Shown: positions 1 to 12,056 of the stretch, one piece after another
How positions within the stretch are numbered: position 1 is the stretch's first letter
Layout of the letters: each line of letters opens with the position of its first letter
Assembly: GCF_006345805.1 (NCBI RefSeq)
Contig: NC_043002.1
Coordinates: 72,354,001 to 72,418,000, forward strand
Length of the DNA: 64,000 nucleotides
Source: Octopus sinensis
Taxonomy: Eukaryota
Reading direction: 5' to 3'
Program-made: the position numbers and the translations under genes
The notes under the pieces: generated by a model
Seen by the model: the letters and a program-made list of their open reading frames with translations, nothing else
Told to the model about the DNA's origin: nothing
The model's database searches: none

Positions 1-615
1 GAACGTTTTTCTGATCTTGATGCATGTTCTTCAAAACTAAGAATTTTTGAAAATCCATTTAACTCTGTTATTGGAGACTTACCTTCTGAGTTACAAATGG
101 AAGTTATTGATTTGCAATCCAATGACATCCTAAAGGACAAATATAAAGAGGGAAATTTGATTGAATTCTACAAATGCCTTCCATCCGACCAATTTCTTCA
201 TTTAAGGAGGTTTGCCTGTGAATTCATTTCAGTTTTTGGCACCACATATTTGTGTGAGAAGACTTTTTCAAAGATGAAATACACAAAATCCTGCTACAGA
301 TCACAATTGTCTGATGAACATTTAAATGCATTGCTTGTTATTGGAACCACTCATTTTGAACCTCAGTTGGACAAAATTTTTTCAGAAATGAAACAATTTC
401 ATGTTTCCCCTATTGATCAAAGTTAAAAAAAACATGTTAATTGTTACTGATATTATATACATTGTGATTATGTACTGAATAAATAACCTTTTTTAATTAT
501 TAATTCACTATTTATTTATATTATTTTGGTAAAATAAATAATTTAGAACCTTGGCCCCCGTAGCTTTAAAAATTCAGCAATGTGGCCCTCCGCTGGAAAA
601 CTTTGGAGACCCCTG
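1..615 (+). mobile_element. hAT (Buster/Charlie, GTF2IRD2-like) transposon 3' end: transposase C-terminal dimerisation region plus right TIR
   Basis: ORF 97-426 has ISVFGTTYLCEKTFSKMKYTKSCYRSQLSDEHL (hAT dimerisation signature). TIR TTTGGAGACCCCTG ends at 615 and is followed by CTCTAAAG, a Buster-type 8-bp target with central TA. Confidence 0.9.
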
Positions 616-623
616 CTCTAAAG

Positions 624-941
624 TAAAGATTGTTTGCCAACATAATGTGGCAGTCACGGTTGGGACGAATGTTACTGTTATTTAACCTCAACAAACATCG
701 TTTCCAGTTACTGAATTTCTGCAAGTACTTGATAACACCATGATACCAAATTTTGTCGATTTTCAAAAGAAGTCGCTACTAGTTACGTTTGAAGTATTCT
801 TTGAACAATGAGATGTCAGTTTACCTGGAAAGAAACAACGCAGTTATTAATAAGAAGAATTAAGATTAATGCATGCAATTCCAGAGCCCTAGTATCACGC
901 CTTCACAGTCAGCCTATGAACTTTTCTGCCGCCCACCCTCA
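624..941 (-). mobile_element. mariner 5' remnant
   Basis: Minus strand reads GAGGGTGGGCGGCAGAAAAGTTCATAGGC (mariner-type terminus) and KIDKIWYHGVIKYLQK (mariner N-terminus-like). Confidence 0.6.
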
Positions 942-1090
942 TTATTGACTAGCCCCTTCCCTCGTATTCTTAATACACTCCGGCAGATTCGAAGATGAAC
1001 ATGATAATCGCGTTGTGTTTCGTCATAGAACAACTTCTCCTTTACAATGAATGTGTGTTCATAACTCTTCCATTTTATTAGCACGAAGGA

Positions 1091-1138
1091 TTCTGAGACG
1101 ACCAGTGTTTCGACAACGTTGCATCTCATCAGCCAGAA
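1091..1138 (-). ncRNA. minimal type I hammerhead ribozyme
   Basis: UUCUGG-CUGAUGA-GAUG caacgu UGUC-GAAAC acugguc GUC/UCAGAA: intact core, 6-bp helix I, GUC triplet. Confidence 0.7.
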
Positions 1139-1305
1139 GCGACTTGGACTAATGAATCTAACAGAAATTGGAAGCTCTGGTTTATAACTTCAGCAGACAA
1201 ACTAGTTGCTGATTCGTGCTGTTAATAAATGATGTATTGTCGTTTAGCTCCTGGTCACCCTTGATTAAGTAGATCTCTGACCAGAGAGGTTCTAGTTATG
1301 ATCAC

Positions 1306-1346
<41 letters not shown>

Positions 1347-1362
1347 TATATATATATCTAGA

Positions 1363-1409
<47 letters not shown>

Positions 1410-2006
1410 TTTGGGTGCTATTTCTAGCAGCCCGATTGACGACAGATTTTCTACCATTGACTTGCTTTCATTTTACACTGTTCATGATTAGGCCCAGCTC
1501 AGCCCTGTTCGAGTAGATCTCTGATCAAAGGCGTTTCAACAGTGCCCAGTCCTATCCTTTTGTATAACAGGGATTACTACTTTGATTTATTATAAACGGT
1601 AATACCTTTGTTGAGTGAATTTGGGTCTTTTTTCTAGCAGCTCAAGCAACCGCATTCCCGTCAAAACTCTCTTTTGCTTAGCTTCATTTTAGAGATGTGA
1701 GGTCAATGATAGAATGTATGTTTTAAAGTAAAATGGTCGGAGACGACCAGTTTTCTTTGATATCCAAAGAGCGGAAGCTGTAATACTATACTTTGTTAAA
1801 TGCCGTGTTGATAGAAGAATTACATCTGGAAGAATAGACCAACCATTAAAGAATGCAGAAGTCATCTATAGATCTGCCAAAGAGGAAGGCACAACACAAA
1901 AGGGGAACAGGAAGAAAATAGTCTAGTTTTTCAAAGGATTATACATACATACATACATACATACATACATACATACATACACACACACGCGCGCGCGCAC
2001 GCACAC

Positions 2007-2061
<55 letters not shown>

Positions 2062-2465
2062 TAAATGGTACTCAAGTATCGCTAAAGCCTTAGGGTTGAA
2101 ATGTATAAAAGACTAAATGAATAAAAGGATATATAGTCATAAATGCACACATACATACACACATATACACATATCCATATATACATATATATACATACAC
2201 ACACACATACATATATATATATATATCTATATACGTACACACACACATATATATATACACATACACACACACATATATATACATATATATACATATATAT
2301 ATATATATGTATATATACATATGTATATATATATATGTATATATATGTATATATAACAAAGTATATATATATACATATGTATATATATATATATAATATA
2401 TATATATATATGTATATATATGTATATGTACACACACACACACACACACACATGTATACATACAT

Positions 2466-2738
2466 ATGAATAATAGCAAATGGATTGAACGACATCCTTT
2501 ATTTAAAATCACTACAATTGTTTCCACACATCGTTACATCCGCACTACACTGGTGGGATGATACAATTAACATATTGTGTAATCACTATCATCCATTAAA
2601 GGTGCAAAATGTGCTTCTTCCGGTGATTATTTTAACATAATTCGTTCGTTAGATCCTATTGTTATTTCACTCTGTATGAGAATGTGGACGAGCTCTGCGT
2701 AGCACACTACAAGGCATTTGCTCAAAATCTGCTTAACT
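2466..2738 (-). mobile_element. microsatellite-embedded Penelope-like non-autonomous element with degenerate type I HHR (2507-2628)
   Basis: AAUCAC-CGGAAGA-A-GCACA...long stem II...UGUGUG-GAAAC-AAUU-GUA/GUGAUU, with core U4>G. A related fragment lies at about 22400-22510 in the opposite orientation. Confidence 0.55.
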
Positions 2739-2795
2739 ATACATACATACATACATGTATAAATATATACATACACACACACACACACATATATA

Positions 2796-2855
<60 letters not shown>

Positions 2856-2863
<8 letters not shown>

Positions 2864-3061
2864 TATATACACAAGGGTACTACATGAGTACCTATATCGC
2901 TAATGATAGAAGTCAAAAAATACTTCTGTACCACTGAATATATTTTTTCCTATCTTGTCTGTAATAGATTTGTGACTATTCGGTGATACAGAAGTATTTT
3001 TTGACTTCTATCATTATCGATATAGGTACTCATATAGTACCCTTGTGTATATATGTACATA
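2856..3061. repeat. fold-back/MITE-like inverted repeat inside (TA)n
   Basis: About 85-bp arms 2856-2940 and 2977-3061 with a 36-nt spacer. The near-identical peptide TQGYYMSTYI(A/D)NDRSQKILLYH on both strands reflects the inverted repeat. Confidence 0.9.
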
Positions 3062-3065
3062 TCTA

Positions 3066-3096
<31 letters not shown>

Positions 3097-3209
3097 CATA
3101 CAGGCACAAGTACACACACATACATACACACACACACACACATTAACCTCGCATTATTTGCTTTGATTCTCTCTGCTGCAAATCCATTCTTCCGGCGGGT
3201 AATGGGTAC

Positions 3210-3697
3210 TCTTTAACTCTTTTACACGTTTCAGTCATTTGACTGTGGTCATGCTGGAACATCGCCTTTAGTCGAACAAATCGACCCCAGGACTTATTCT
3301 CTGTAAGCCTAGTACTTATTCGATCGGTTTCACTTTTTGCCGAACGACTAAGTTTCTGCGACATAAGCACCGCCTTTTGTCGAACAAATCGACTCCAGGA
3401 CTTATACTTTGAAAGCCTAGTACTTATTCTATCGGTCTCTATAATTCCGAACCGCTAAGTTACGGGGACAAAACACACTAGCACCGTTTGATAGTGGGGG
3501 TACAAACACAGACACTCACACACACACTCACACGCACACGACGAGCTTCTTTCAGTTTCTGTCCACCAAATCCACTCACAAGACTTTGGTTGACCCGAGG
3601 CTCTAGTAGAATACACTTGCTCTAGGTGCCACGCAGTGGGACTGAACCCGGAACCATGTAGTTGGGAACCAAGCTTCTTACCACACAGCCACACCTG
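3210..3697 (-). mobile_element. tRNA-derived SINE family B (CORE-like box ACCTTGGGCAAGTGTC, internal microsatellite, RTE-like tail)
   Basis: Homologous copies at about 20485-20895(-), 22562-22935(+), 31533-32020(+), 34820-35222(-), 44150-44300(+), 46185-46570(-), 53180-53680(-) and 63423-63560(-). Confidence 0.85.
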
Positions 3698-5730
3698 CGG
3701 GTAGTAGGTGAAAAAAATAAAATCTCGGCCTAAATTGGCAGAATTATAAGAGCATAGCCAAATGTTTTACACTATTTGTATTAGTTCATAGCGTTCCGAG
3801 TTCGAATTCCTCCCATGATATTGATAGGTGATATAATTAATCACCATCGTTGGCACCTAGGGAACCTTTCGTGGAGCAGTGGCGTGACTAGAGTGTTTGT
3901 GATGCCCCAGGCAGTTCTTGAGTTTGTCACCCCTCGTTCCATCCCCGCTAACCATTCAAGCTTCAACAACACACCCAAAAGTGTCGTCCCCATAAAAACG
4001 TCGCCCGAAAGAGACTTCCTGCCCTCCACATTGCGCTACCTGCAGTGAAGTCGTCCTTTTTGGAAACCGCTGGTTTCCAGTTTAAGGTTACCCTCTTCCT
4101 TCCTTCCTTCCTTCCTCCTCTCCCTTGGTCTATGAGACCCTGTAAAGGTTCATAGGATTCTGCCTTTCCACTTGACTAAACGATAAAAAGAAATGCAACT
4201 TTTTTTGGGGTCTTGGGTGTTCAGTTCTTTTCTTTTTGCGGAACTGTTATCTTTTTGTCGAGCTGTTTTGTGCTTTCTACGCATTCATTTGATTTCTCGA
4301 TGTCCTCCGCTGTGTCCATTAACTACATAAGACAAGAAAAAGACCTACAAACCTGGAACATATTGCATATTTCATATCTTGGCATCGCGTTGTTTTCTAT
4401 TTTGGCCACCAATTCCTAGAAAACCTCAACGATAAAAATTAAAAAAAACATTATCAACATAGATGGTAAACTTCAAGAGTCACTCCGAGGCGAATGTAAA
4501 TAAACACAGATCTACACACAACAATAAACAAGTACTTGATGCAAAACTCAAAACAAACTCTGAATGCTGTTCCAAATAACAACGTAGTAAGTAAACGTGA
4601 CAAGAGCAATATGTTTGTAATCAACAGCACCAGCAACAACAAGAACCGTGTTTAGTCGACATAGCAGACTATTTGTTCTACTCCACCAAAATCGTATAAA
4701 ACAGCAGGTAGGATCGTGTTCCAAACACGGCAGTCATTAACAGAACAACAGAAGCTGTCTTCACTCTCACCTCGAAGAATCGAGACACAAGCCTGATTAG
4801 TTGGAGCGTGTGTTTCTTGCGTTACATTGATAAGCACAAGACAAAATGGTCTATTCGTTTCATCGTGTGTAAATGTAATTCATTTAATTAATGCAAATTG
4901 CTTGCCGTCAAAATTTAAGTTAATGAGAGCAAGTAATTAGCGACTGGACTGTTGTGATTTCGATTCTAAATATAATCTCACGAAGCATTGTATAATTTGG
5001 CTGTTGTAGTTGTTGGTGGTAATGGTGGCGGCGGCGAAGGTGGTGGTGGTGATGGTGGTAGCGATGGCGGTGGTGATGGCGGCGTTGGTGATAGTGGTGT
5101 TTAGCCTTAGATCGGTAGATCGATGTTTAAAGGCTTTCAGTTGTAACTATCCCACTTTTTAAATTCTTTTATTTATATATATATTTTTTTTATTTTAGCG
5201 ATTTCTGGGACTACAGTATCCGAAGCCTTTTGCATTTTTTTTTTCTCTTCAAGACGGCTGTGTTTGATTTGAAGGAAATTTAGATTACTTTCGGAGTTGT
5301 ACTTGCCTGGCAAGTGATTCACAGTGGTACAGTAATCAACGACCAGATCATAACTGATGTGACGGAAATTTTGACACTAAAAAGTAAATGTTTAAGTGAA
5401 GTTAACAATCTTTGTGGACTTTTGAATGTCTAATATGTGTATTCTTCCCTGCAATTTCTTTACATGCTTTTTAAATTTTTTGTTTACGGTGGAACTCGAA
5501 GTAGATAAAACTATAAATAATAGAGTGAGTAATATTGGATTAAAAGACCCCATTTGATGGGAAAATAACCGAAGGCTACCAACAGGACATTAACACATAT
5601 TTGTGAACTTGACAGACGGGCTGTCCATGACGCTAAACAACACTTTCAGTTTTCTGTATTCATTCTTGGAGCTTCGATTTTGCCATCGAGAATTGTAAGA
5701 TGTTTACATTATAACAATTTAGAAAGAGTG

Positions 5731-6270
5731 TTGCCGGTTCGAGATAAACTCTACAGGCACGGAAGTGCCGTCAGCCGAGCATATCCGAGATGCGCGTAGG
5801 GCAACGAAACTGTTCTTGCACGCACTCGTCCAGTGCCCCAGTATTCTATTATCAGATTATTCCATTATTATCATATTCTATTATTATCATATTCCATTAT
5901 TATCTATTCCATTATTATAAGATTAAAGTTCGCATGTTATTGTTCACTGACAATTTATTGAAGAGAAAAGAAAAAAAAGGATTACCAGTACCCCAGTATT
6001 GCTGACCTGTGGGCTTATATCACACATCTGCTGTCACGTGTGGGATGGAACCGGATATCAGCTGAATCCATCGTAAAGATCGCCCCGACGCCTTCTTTTA
6101 ACCGGAAGGGCAGGCAGTTTTTATTTGCTTGGTGGTCATGGCGAGAGAGGTTGTATGGTAGACGCGATTGAAAGGGCTGAAGTCAAACACTCTCCTCGTT
6201 GGCCAACCCAGTCCTGTGCCGTCCTTAATGTTTTCTTTATGTAAACCCTTTGTGGTTAATAAAAAAATCA
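5731..6270 (+). mobile_element. Tx1/L1-type LINE ORF2 C-terminal remnant, interrupted by a short insertion
   Basis: LPVRDKLYRHGSAVSRAYPRCA*GNETV.HALVQCP (zinc-knuckle region), then SIADLWAYITHLLSRVG...MAREVVW*TRLKGLKS. Confidence 0.7.
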
Positions 6271-6274
6271 TCAC

Positions 6275-6309
<35 letters not shown>

Positions 6310-6692
6310 CCAACAGCGGCAGCAGCAGCACCACCACCACCACCACCATCCCCATTATCATTATCATTATTATTATATGTTTATTACACTTCTAAAAGCA
6401 TAGTGGTGATGGTCGTGGTGGTGGTGATGGTGGTGTGAGCATTTACGAAACGCAGATAAAGCTAATGAATATGTGACACCTCCAAATATATATTCATATT
6501 CATATATATATATATATATATATATATACGTAAATATATTAACAAATGATAACATAACCAAACACATACAATGGTAGCAATAGTATTGATGGTGGTGTGA
6601 AGCATATATGGATTTGTGGATCTGTGACACCTGTAATGTACATGGGATTTAATTATACGAAATAACGACAACAACAACAGCAACAACAATAA

Positions 6693-6723
<31 letters not shown>

Positions 6724-6878
6724 TTATGTATGTATGTTTTATGCGTGTGCGTAAGTGTGCACGTGGGTTGGCGTTTCCAAACGATTTCTGTGTCTAATCT
6801 GTATAGTATTATATACAACATTGAACTCCATATACACGTCTGCATAACACACATTCATACACATTTACCATCCGATGT

Positions 6879-6937
<59 letters not shown>

Positions 6938-7796
6938 CACACACACATACACGCACACACACATACACGCACGCATACACACACATATATAAGGAGCTAT
7001 CTGCAGACTACTAAATATAAGATGAGTTCAATATAGCTTTTTTTAAAAAATTAATTGAAATTACAAACAATGCTAATGCGGAAAAAAATCTCATTAGCGT
7101 TAATAAGAATGCAGACAATATCCGATATTTCGATGAACTAGACATTGAATTTTTACTAGTGATATGTAGTGAGTGGCGGGTGGGTATATTTTGTAACCAT
7201 GGTAACAAACCTGTGTATGTTTCGCTCTTTTGGATCTCTTGGGTGAAGTATTGGTCATTCAACGAAATCCAGGATCTCAGAAAGACTAACTGAAGTTTGT
7301 GCGAGTGTGTGTGCGTACGTGTGTATGTGAGGATGAGGCGAATTATAATAATGATGACAAATTTTGCCACAAGACCAGCAATATTAAGGGAAGAATAAGT
7401 CGATTACATAGACCACAGTGCTCAACTGGTACTTATTTTATCAACTCAGAAAGGATGAAAGACAGAGCCAACCTCGGTGGAATTTGAACCCCGAATGTAA
7501 AGAACAGGAAAAAATTCCGCTAAGCGTTTAGTCTGACTTGCTAATGATTCTGCCAGCTCGTTACCAGAGTCATTAGCAAGTCAGACTGCCGAAATGTTCC
7601 CCGACTACTTACTGAATACAAACATATAGTTCAGTGTCGGTTACCATAGCTAACGTAATGAGCTGAATATTGTTTCTGACTAATTAAAATCATGACCTAA
7701 ATAAGTATATTTACATATGCACATTGATATATTAGAATATACATATACAACCTGTGCTTTTTTTATTCTTCACACAACTTTTACACTGTGGAAGAC

Positions 7797-7864
7797 TCCC
7801 TTCATCAGCTGTTGACAGATCACACTGCGGTTTCGGGACTTTTCGACATGATCGTCCTTCAGTG
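7797..7864 (-). ncRNA. degenerate hammerhead-like motif, permuted strand order
   Basis: CACUG..CGAU-C/AUGUCG-aaaag-UCCC-GAAACCG-CAGUG..CAACAG-CUGAUGA-A-GGGA. Confidence 0.45.
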
Positions 7865-8346
7865 GTGCCGAGTAACCATGATACTTTCAAGGAATATCTG
7901 CGTTGTTTTGGCCTACACTATATTAAGCAGTGGTTTCTTTCGTTCTCTTGTTATTCATGACACCACCTCACCAAACCAGATGTAGCGCAAACAACCCCAA
8001 CAAGGTCATTACTGTTTTGTTTTACTATTCACAGGGTATTTTGTTTTCATTTTCGCTCATTCTCTCAGATGACTGTGAAGTATTCTAATACATATGAAAG
8101 CATATGTATGATGTGATAATGTGAACATCTACATGGAACTGTAAAATATATATAGAACATTCCAGATGTTTAGTTTGTAGTATGTATACATGCACACATG
8201 TAGACACATGCAAACATTTGGATATGGACACACATACGTAAGTTAAAGCATACTAATTCACACACATAATAATGTGCATGAATGTAAACGTACATAGCGG
8301 CACATGTTCCTTCGTGGACACATACATACATACATACATACATACA

Positions 8347-8380
<34 letters not shown>

Positions 8381-9067
8381 CATACATACATACATACATA
8401 CATACATACATACATACATACATACATACATACATACATACACACATACATACATACATACATACATAACATACAATTTCAGATAGATAGAGGCAGAGAG
8501 AAGCCGAGAAGTCACGAATATGAAAACGCAATGAAAGAGCGTGGATAGTTGTAACAAATCCGAAAAGTAAACCGGAACGACTCTAAATATAATCAACAAA
8601 TACACAGTCAAATAAATAGATAAATAAATAAATAAGTAAATAAATAAATGAATTAGAAACCATATGCGTAGGAGTGACCTCACTGTTGCACTGTACTAAG
8701 ATTGGCTTGCTTTCTTGTAAAACGACGTATGCTAGGCATCAGATATAAAGGTGTTCTCTTCGGTTTTATTTACCAATAAGCACTAAGTTATGTGATATTG
8801 TTTTCTAACTTTGGCACAAGGCCAAAACGTTTGTATGGAAGTGGTGAAGTCTACTGAATCAAGCTTGATACATTACTGATATGTAGCTTTTTACGAACTC
8901 CGAGAGATTTGAACACAAAACATAGAAAGGTATAATTGAATACCTGTAAATAATTTATTCCGGCGTTCTCCTGCTGCTGTTATTGTAACCGTTGCGAGCA
9001 ATCACCTTTCGAAGAAATATGATATGAATAATATTAATATTTATATAAAAATCTAGTTTCCTTCATG

Positions 9068-9173
<106 letters not shown>

Positions 9174-9244
9174 AATATAAACTTACTTGGAAATGAATGC
9201 GTGACATTCAATTAAATAATAATAATATAAATAATAATAATATA

Positions 9245-9293
<49 letters not shown>

Positions 9294-9312
9294 ATATATA
9301 TATATGCATATA

Positions 9313-9735
9313 TGGATACAGGACGTCACCAACTGTGTAAACAACATGAAAAACAAAAACAAACGAGTTAAATACGCAAGCAACAGGAGAAAAAATAAGA
9401 AAACAAGACAAGTAAACTCAGAGAAACGACCTTGCATCAGTTGTCGGCTGTCTATCTACTCCTCATTTCGAGCATTCAACGACAATATGAGTCTTCAAAG
9501 ACTGTTACTCCCATAAATTTTAAAAGAAAATTTAAGATTTATGGAGGGTCTGAGATGGGAACAAAAACAGGATGGTGGAGACATACAAGGAAACCGAACG
9601 AAAACAAAGATGGAGGGTCGTTAGACCAGAACAAGAAGAAAATAATGAAAGGTGGGAGAAATATTTTCTTTGAAAAGAGAAAAGATAGAAGAGAGAGAGA
9701 AAACAAATGGTTCAGTCCTTTGAAGGTCTATGCAT
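9313..9735 (-). mobile_element. (TA)n-embedded non-autonomous element (probably Penelope-derived) with permuted HHR-like motif at 9430-9491
   Basis: Bounded by (TA)n on both sides; a homologous inverted copy lies at about 25530-26012. Confidence 0.6.
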
Positions 9736-9886
9736 ATATATATATATATATATATATTATTTATATTATATTATATTATATTATTTTATATCATATGTCA
9801 TATATATATATATGTGTGTGTATATATATATATGTGTGTGTGTGTATGTGTGTGTATGTATGTATGTATGTATATGTATATGTATA

Positions 9887-9921
<35 letters not shown>

Positions 9922-9923
<2 letters not shown>

Positions 9924-10175
9924 CGGGAAGCTTTATGAAAATAAACAAAAGACGAAGGCAGGTGGAAAACAAACGAACAATTGTATTAGTATGGCGCTCA
10001 GGAAATATAAATAAAACAAGTCTTTAACGTTTCGAGCCTACGCTCTTCAACAGAAAGATACACAGAGAGAGAAAAACACAGAAAGAAGGAGAGAAAAAAA
10101 TGCGTGCAGTAGCTAACGAATCAACATGGCGATCTGATTTCGGCCAGAGGTCAAAGATCAAACATGAGACGCGAG
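9922..10175 (-). mobile_element. (TA)n-embedded Penelope-like element with variant minimal HHR (10021-10058)
   Basis: UCUUU-CUGUUGA-A-GAGC guag GCUC-GAAAC-GUU/AAAGA; sister copies at 26333-26500 and 27864-28070. Confidence 0.65.
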
Positions 10176-10179
10176 ATAT

Positions 10180-10211
<32 letters not shown>

Positions 10212-10215
10212 GCAA

Positions 10216-10250
<35 letters not shown>

Positions 10251-10319
10251 TGTATGTATGTATGTATGTATGTGTGCATGTATGTATAACACGATGTGTA
10301 TAATGTAATGTATTAATTA

Positions 10320-12056
10320 CACTGTATAACAATGAAAAAAAATCGAAATGAGAATAACCTTTTCTATGAGTATTTTGTGTGTAGATGACGAATATTACAT
10401 CCGTTTCTTTCTGTGACTTTCCAGTTTCTCGTAAATTACCATCTTACTTGAGTGCAAACAGGATTGGGCCGAAACTGACAGCCCTAAAAGTTATGAACGA
10501 ATTTTGATGTAATTTTAATGGGGCATTCCTAAGGTATTTGTCAACCTAACCTATGAAAATTATAATTTTCGTAGTATTTTTATAGTTAAATTGATCCAAA
10601 TGCGTGATAAATCTGACAAGAAATCACACCTCATCGCCCAACCTGGACTCAGTGATCTAGTTCGGGATCTAACACTTACTAAACAACAGAGTGAAGTCCG
10701 GCCTCATCTCTGCAACAATGGAACCTGCTGGATAAAGATGCTCGAATTACAGTATTTAGGAAGCGTTCTACAGACCTGCAGCAATTCTTCACTTTGGAAA
10801 ACAACATGATTTATTGTAATGATATCAGAGACCTGTTCAATGCCCTTGAGCTGACTTATGAACCAAATGAGTGGAGGTTATACATAGATGCATCCCTTTG
10901 CAGCATAAAAGCGGTTCTATTGCAACATGGGAACACCATGCCTCCAGTTCCAATCGCTCACTCAGTCATTTTAAGAGAGACATATGAGAACCTCGCTTTT
11001 ATTCTAGACTGCATGGGTTACAAGGAGCACGAGTGGCTAATAATTTGTGTGGACTTGAAAGTAGTAGCTCTACTTAATGGGCTACAAACTGGATACACCA
11101 AGTTTATGTGCTTCCTTAGCAAGTGGGACAATAGGACTAGATCAGAACATTACGTACGCTCAGAATGGCCACCTCGAGAAACTATGACGCCTGGATAATA
11201 ATGTAAATCATGAGCCACTAGTTAAGAAGGAGAAAATCATTTTGCCACCACTGCATATAACACTAGGTCTAATGAAGCAATTTACCAAAACACTGCAACA
11301 TAACAAGCCATGTTTCCAGTACTTTAAGGCGATCTTCCCTAAAATAAGTGATGCCAAGATTAAAGAGGGCATATTCGTAGGCCCTCAGATTCGTCAACTT
11401 ATAGCTGATGAGGACGCTGAGCCGACAATGGATGAAACTGAGCTAGCGGCCAGACATGCATTCAAAGATGTATGCAAAAGACTTCTGGGAAAGCACCAAA
11501 TGGCCAAGCGGGAGAGTATAGTGCCTAATCAAGTGCTACCAAGATCTCGGATGCAATATATCACTGAGGATACATTTTCTTCATTCTCATTTGCCCTTCA
11601 TTTCAGAGAATTCAGATGTGAGTGATGAACATGGAGAGATGTTCCATCAAGATATAGTGTCAATGGAAAACAGGTATAAAGGAAAATGGAACCCAGCTAT
11701 GCTGGTTGACTTCTGCTGGAATCTGAAGCGTGACACACCTGAGACGCCTTATAAACGAAGTAAATACTAAAATGTAGGGTAATATATTATACAATGCTAA
11801 CAAAAATGCCGATTCCTTACATATTTATGAATTAATTACATTAGACATATTTGATCTGACTTTGTGAGCAAAATAAATTTATGACATCGTGGAAATTGGT
11901 ATAAATTGCATAGTTATAAAGTCGGTAATTTACCAGAAAATATGACGTGATGGGAAATTTTTGTTATAAAATTCGAATTTTGCACAATGATCTTCATAAT
12001 AAAATGTACATGAGAACTGTTTTTTTATTCTTGATCCTGAAATTTGTAGCACAGTG
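10320..12056 (+). mobile_element. Chapaev3-type (CMC) DNA transposon with a disrupted transposase
   Basis: Termini CACTGTATAACA...TGTAGCACAGTG flanked by 3-bp TSD TTA. Transposase motifs WRLYIDAS, CVDLKVVALL, LPPLHITLGLMKQF, KIKEGIFVGPQIR and SDEHGEMFHQDI are split by stops and frameshifts (10591-11765). Confidence 0.85.

Noticed and set aside
3877-4047. CAGTGGCGTGACTAG hAT-like terminus
   Set aside because: The other end is degenerate and no TSD was found.
7021-7293. About 90 codons open on both strands
   Set aside because: No recognisable domain or convincing splice signals.
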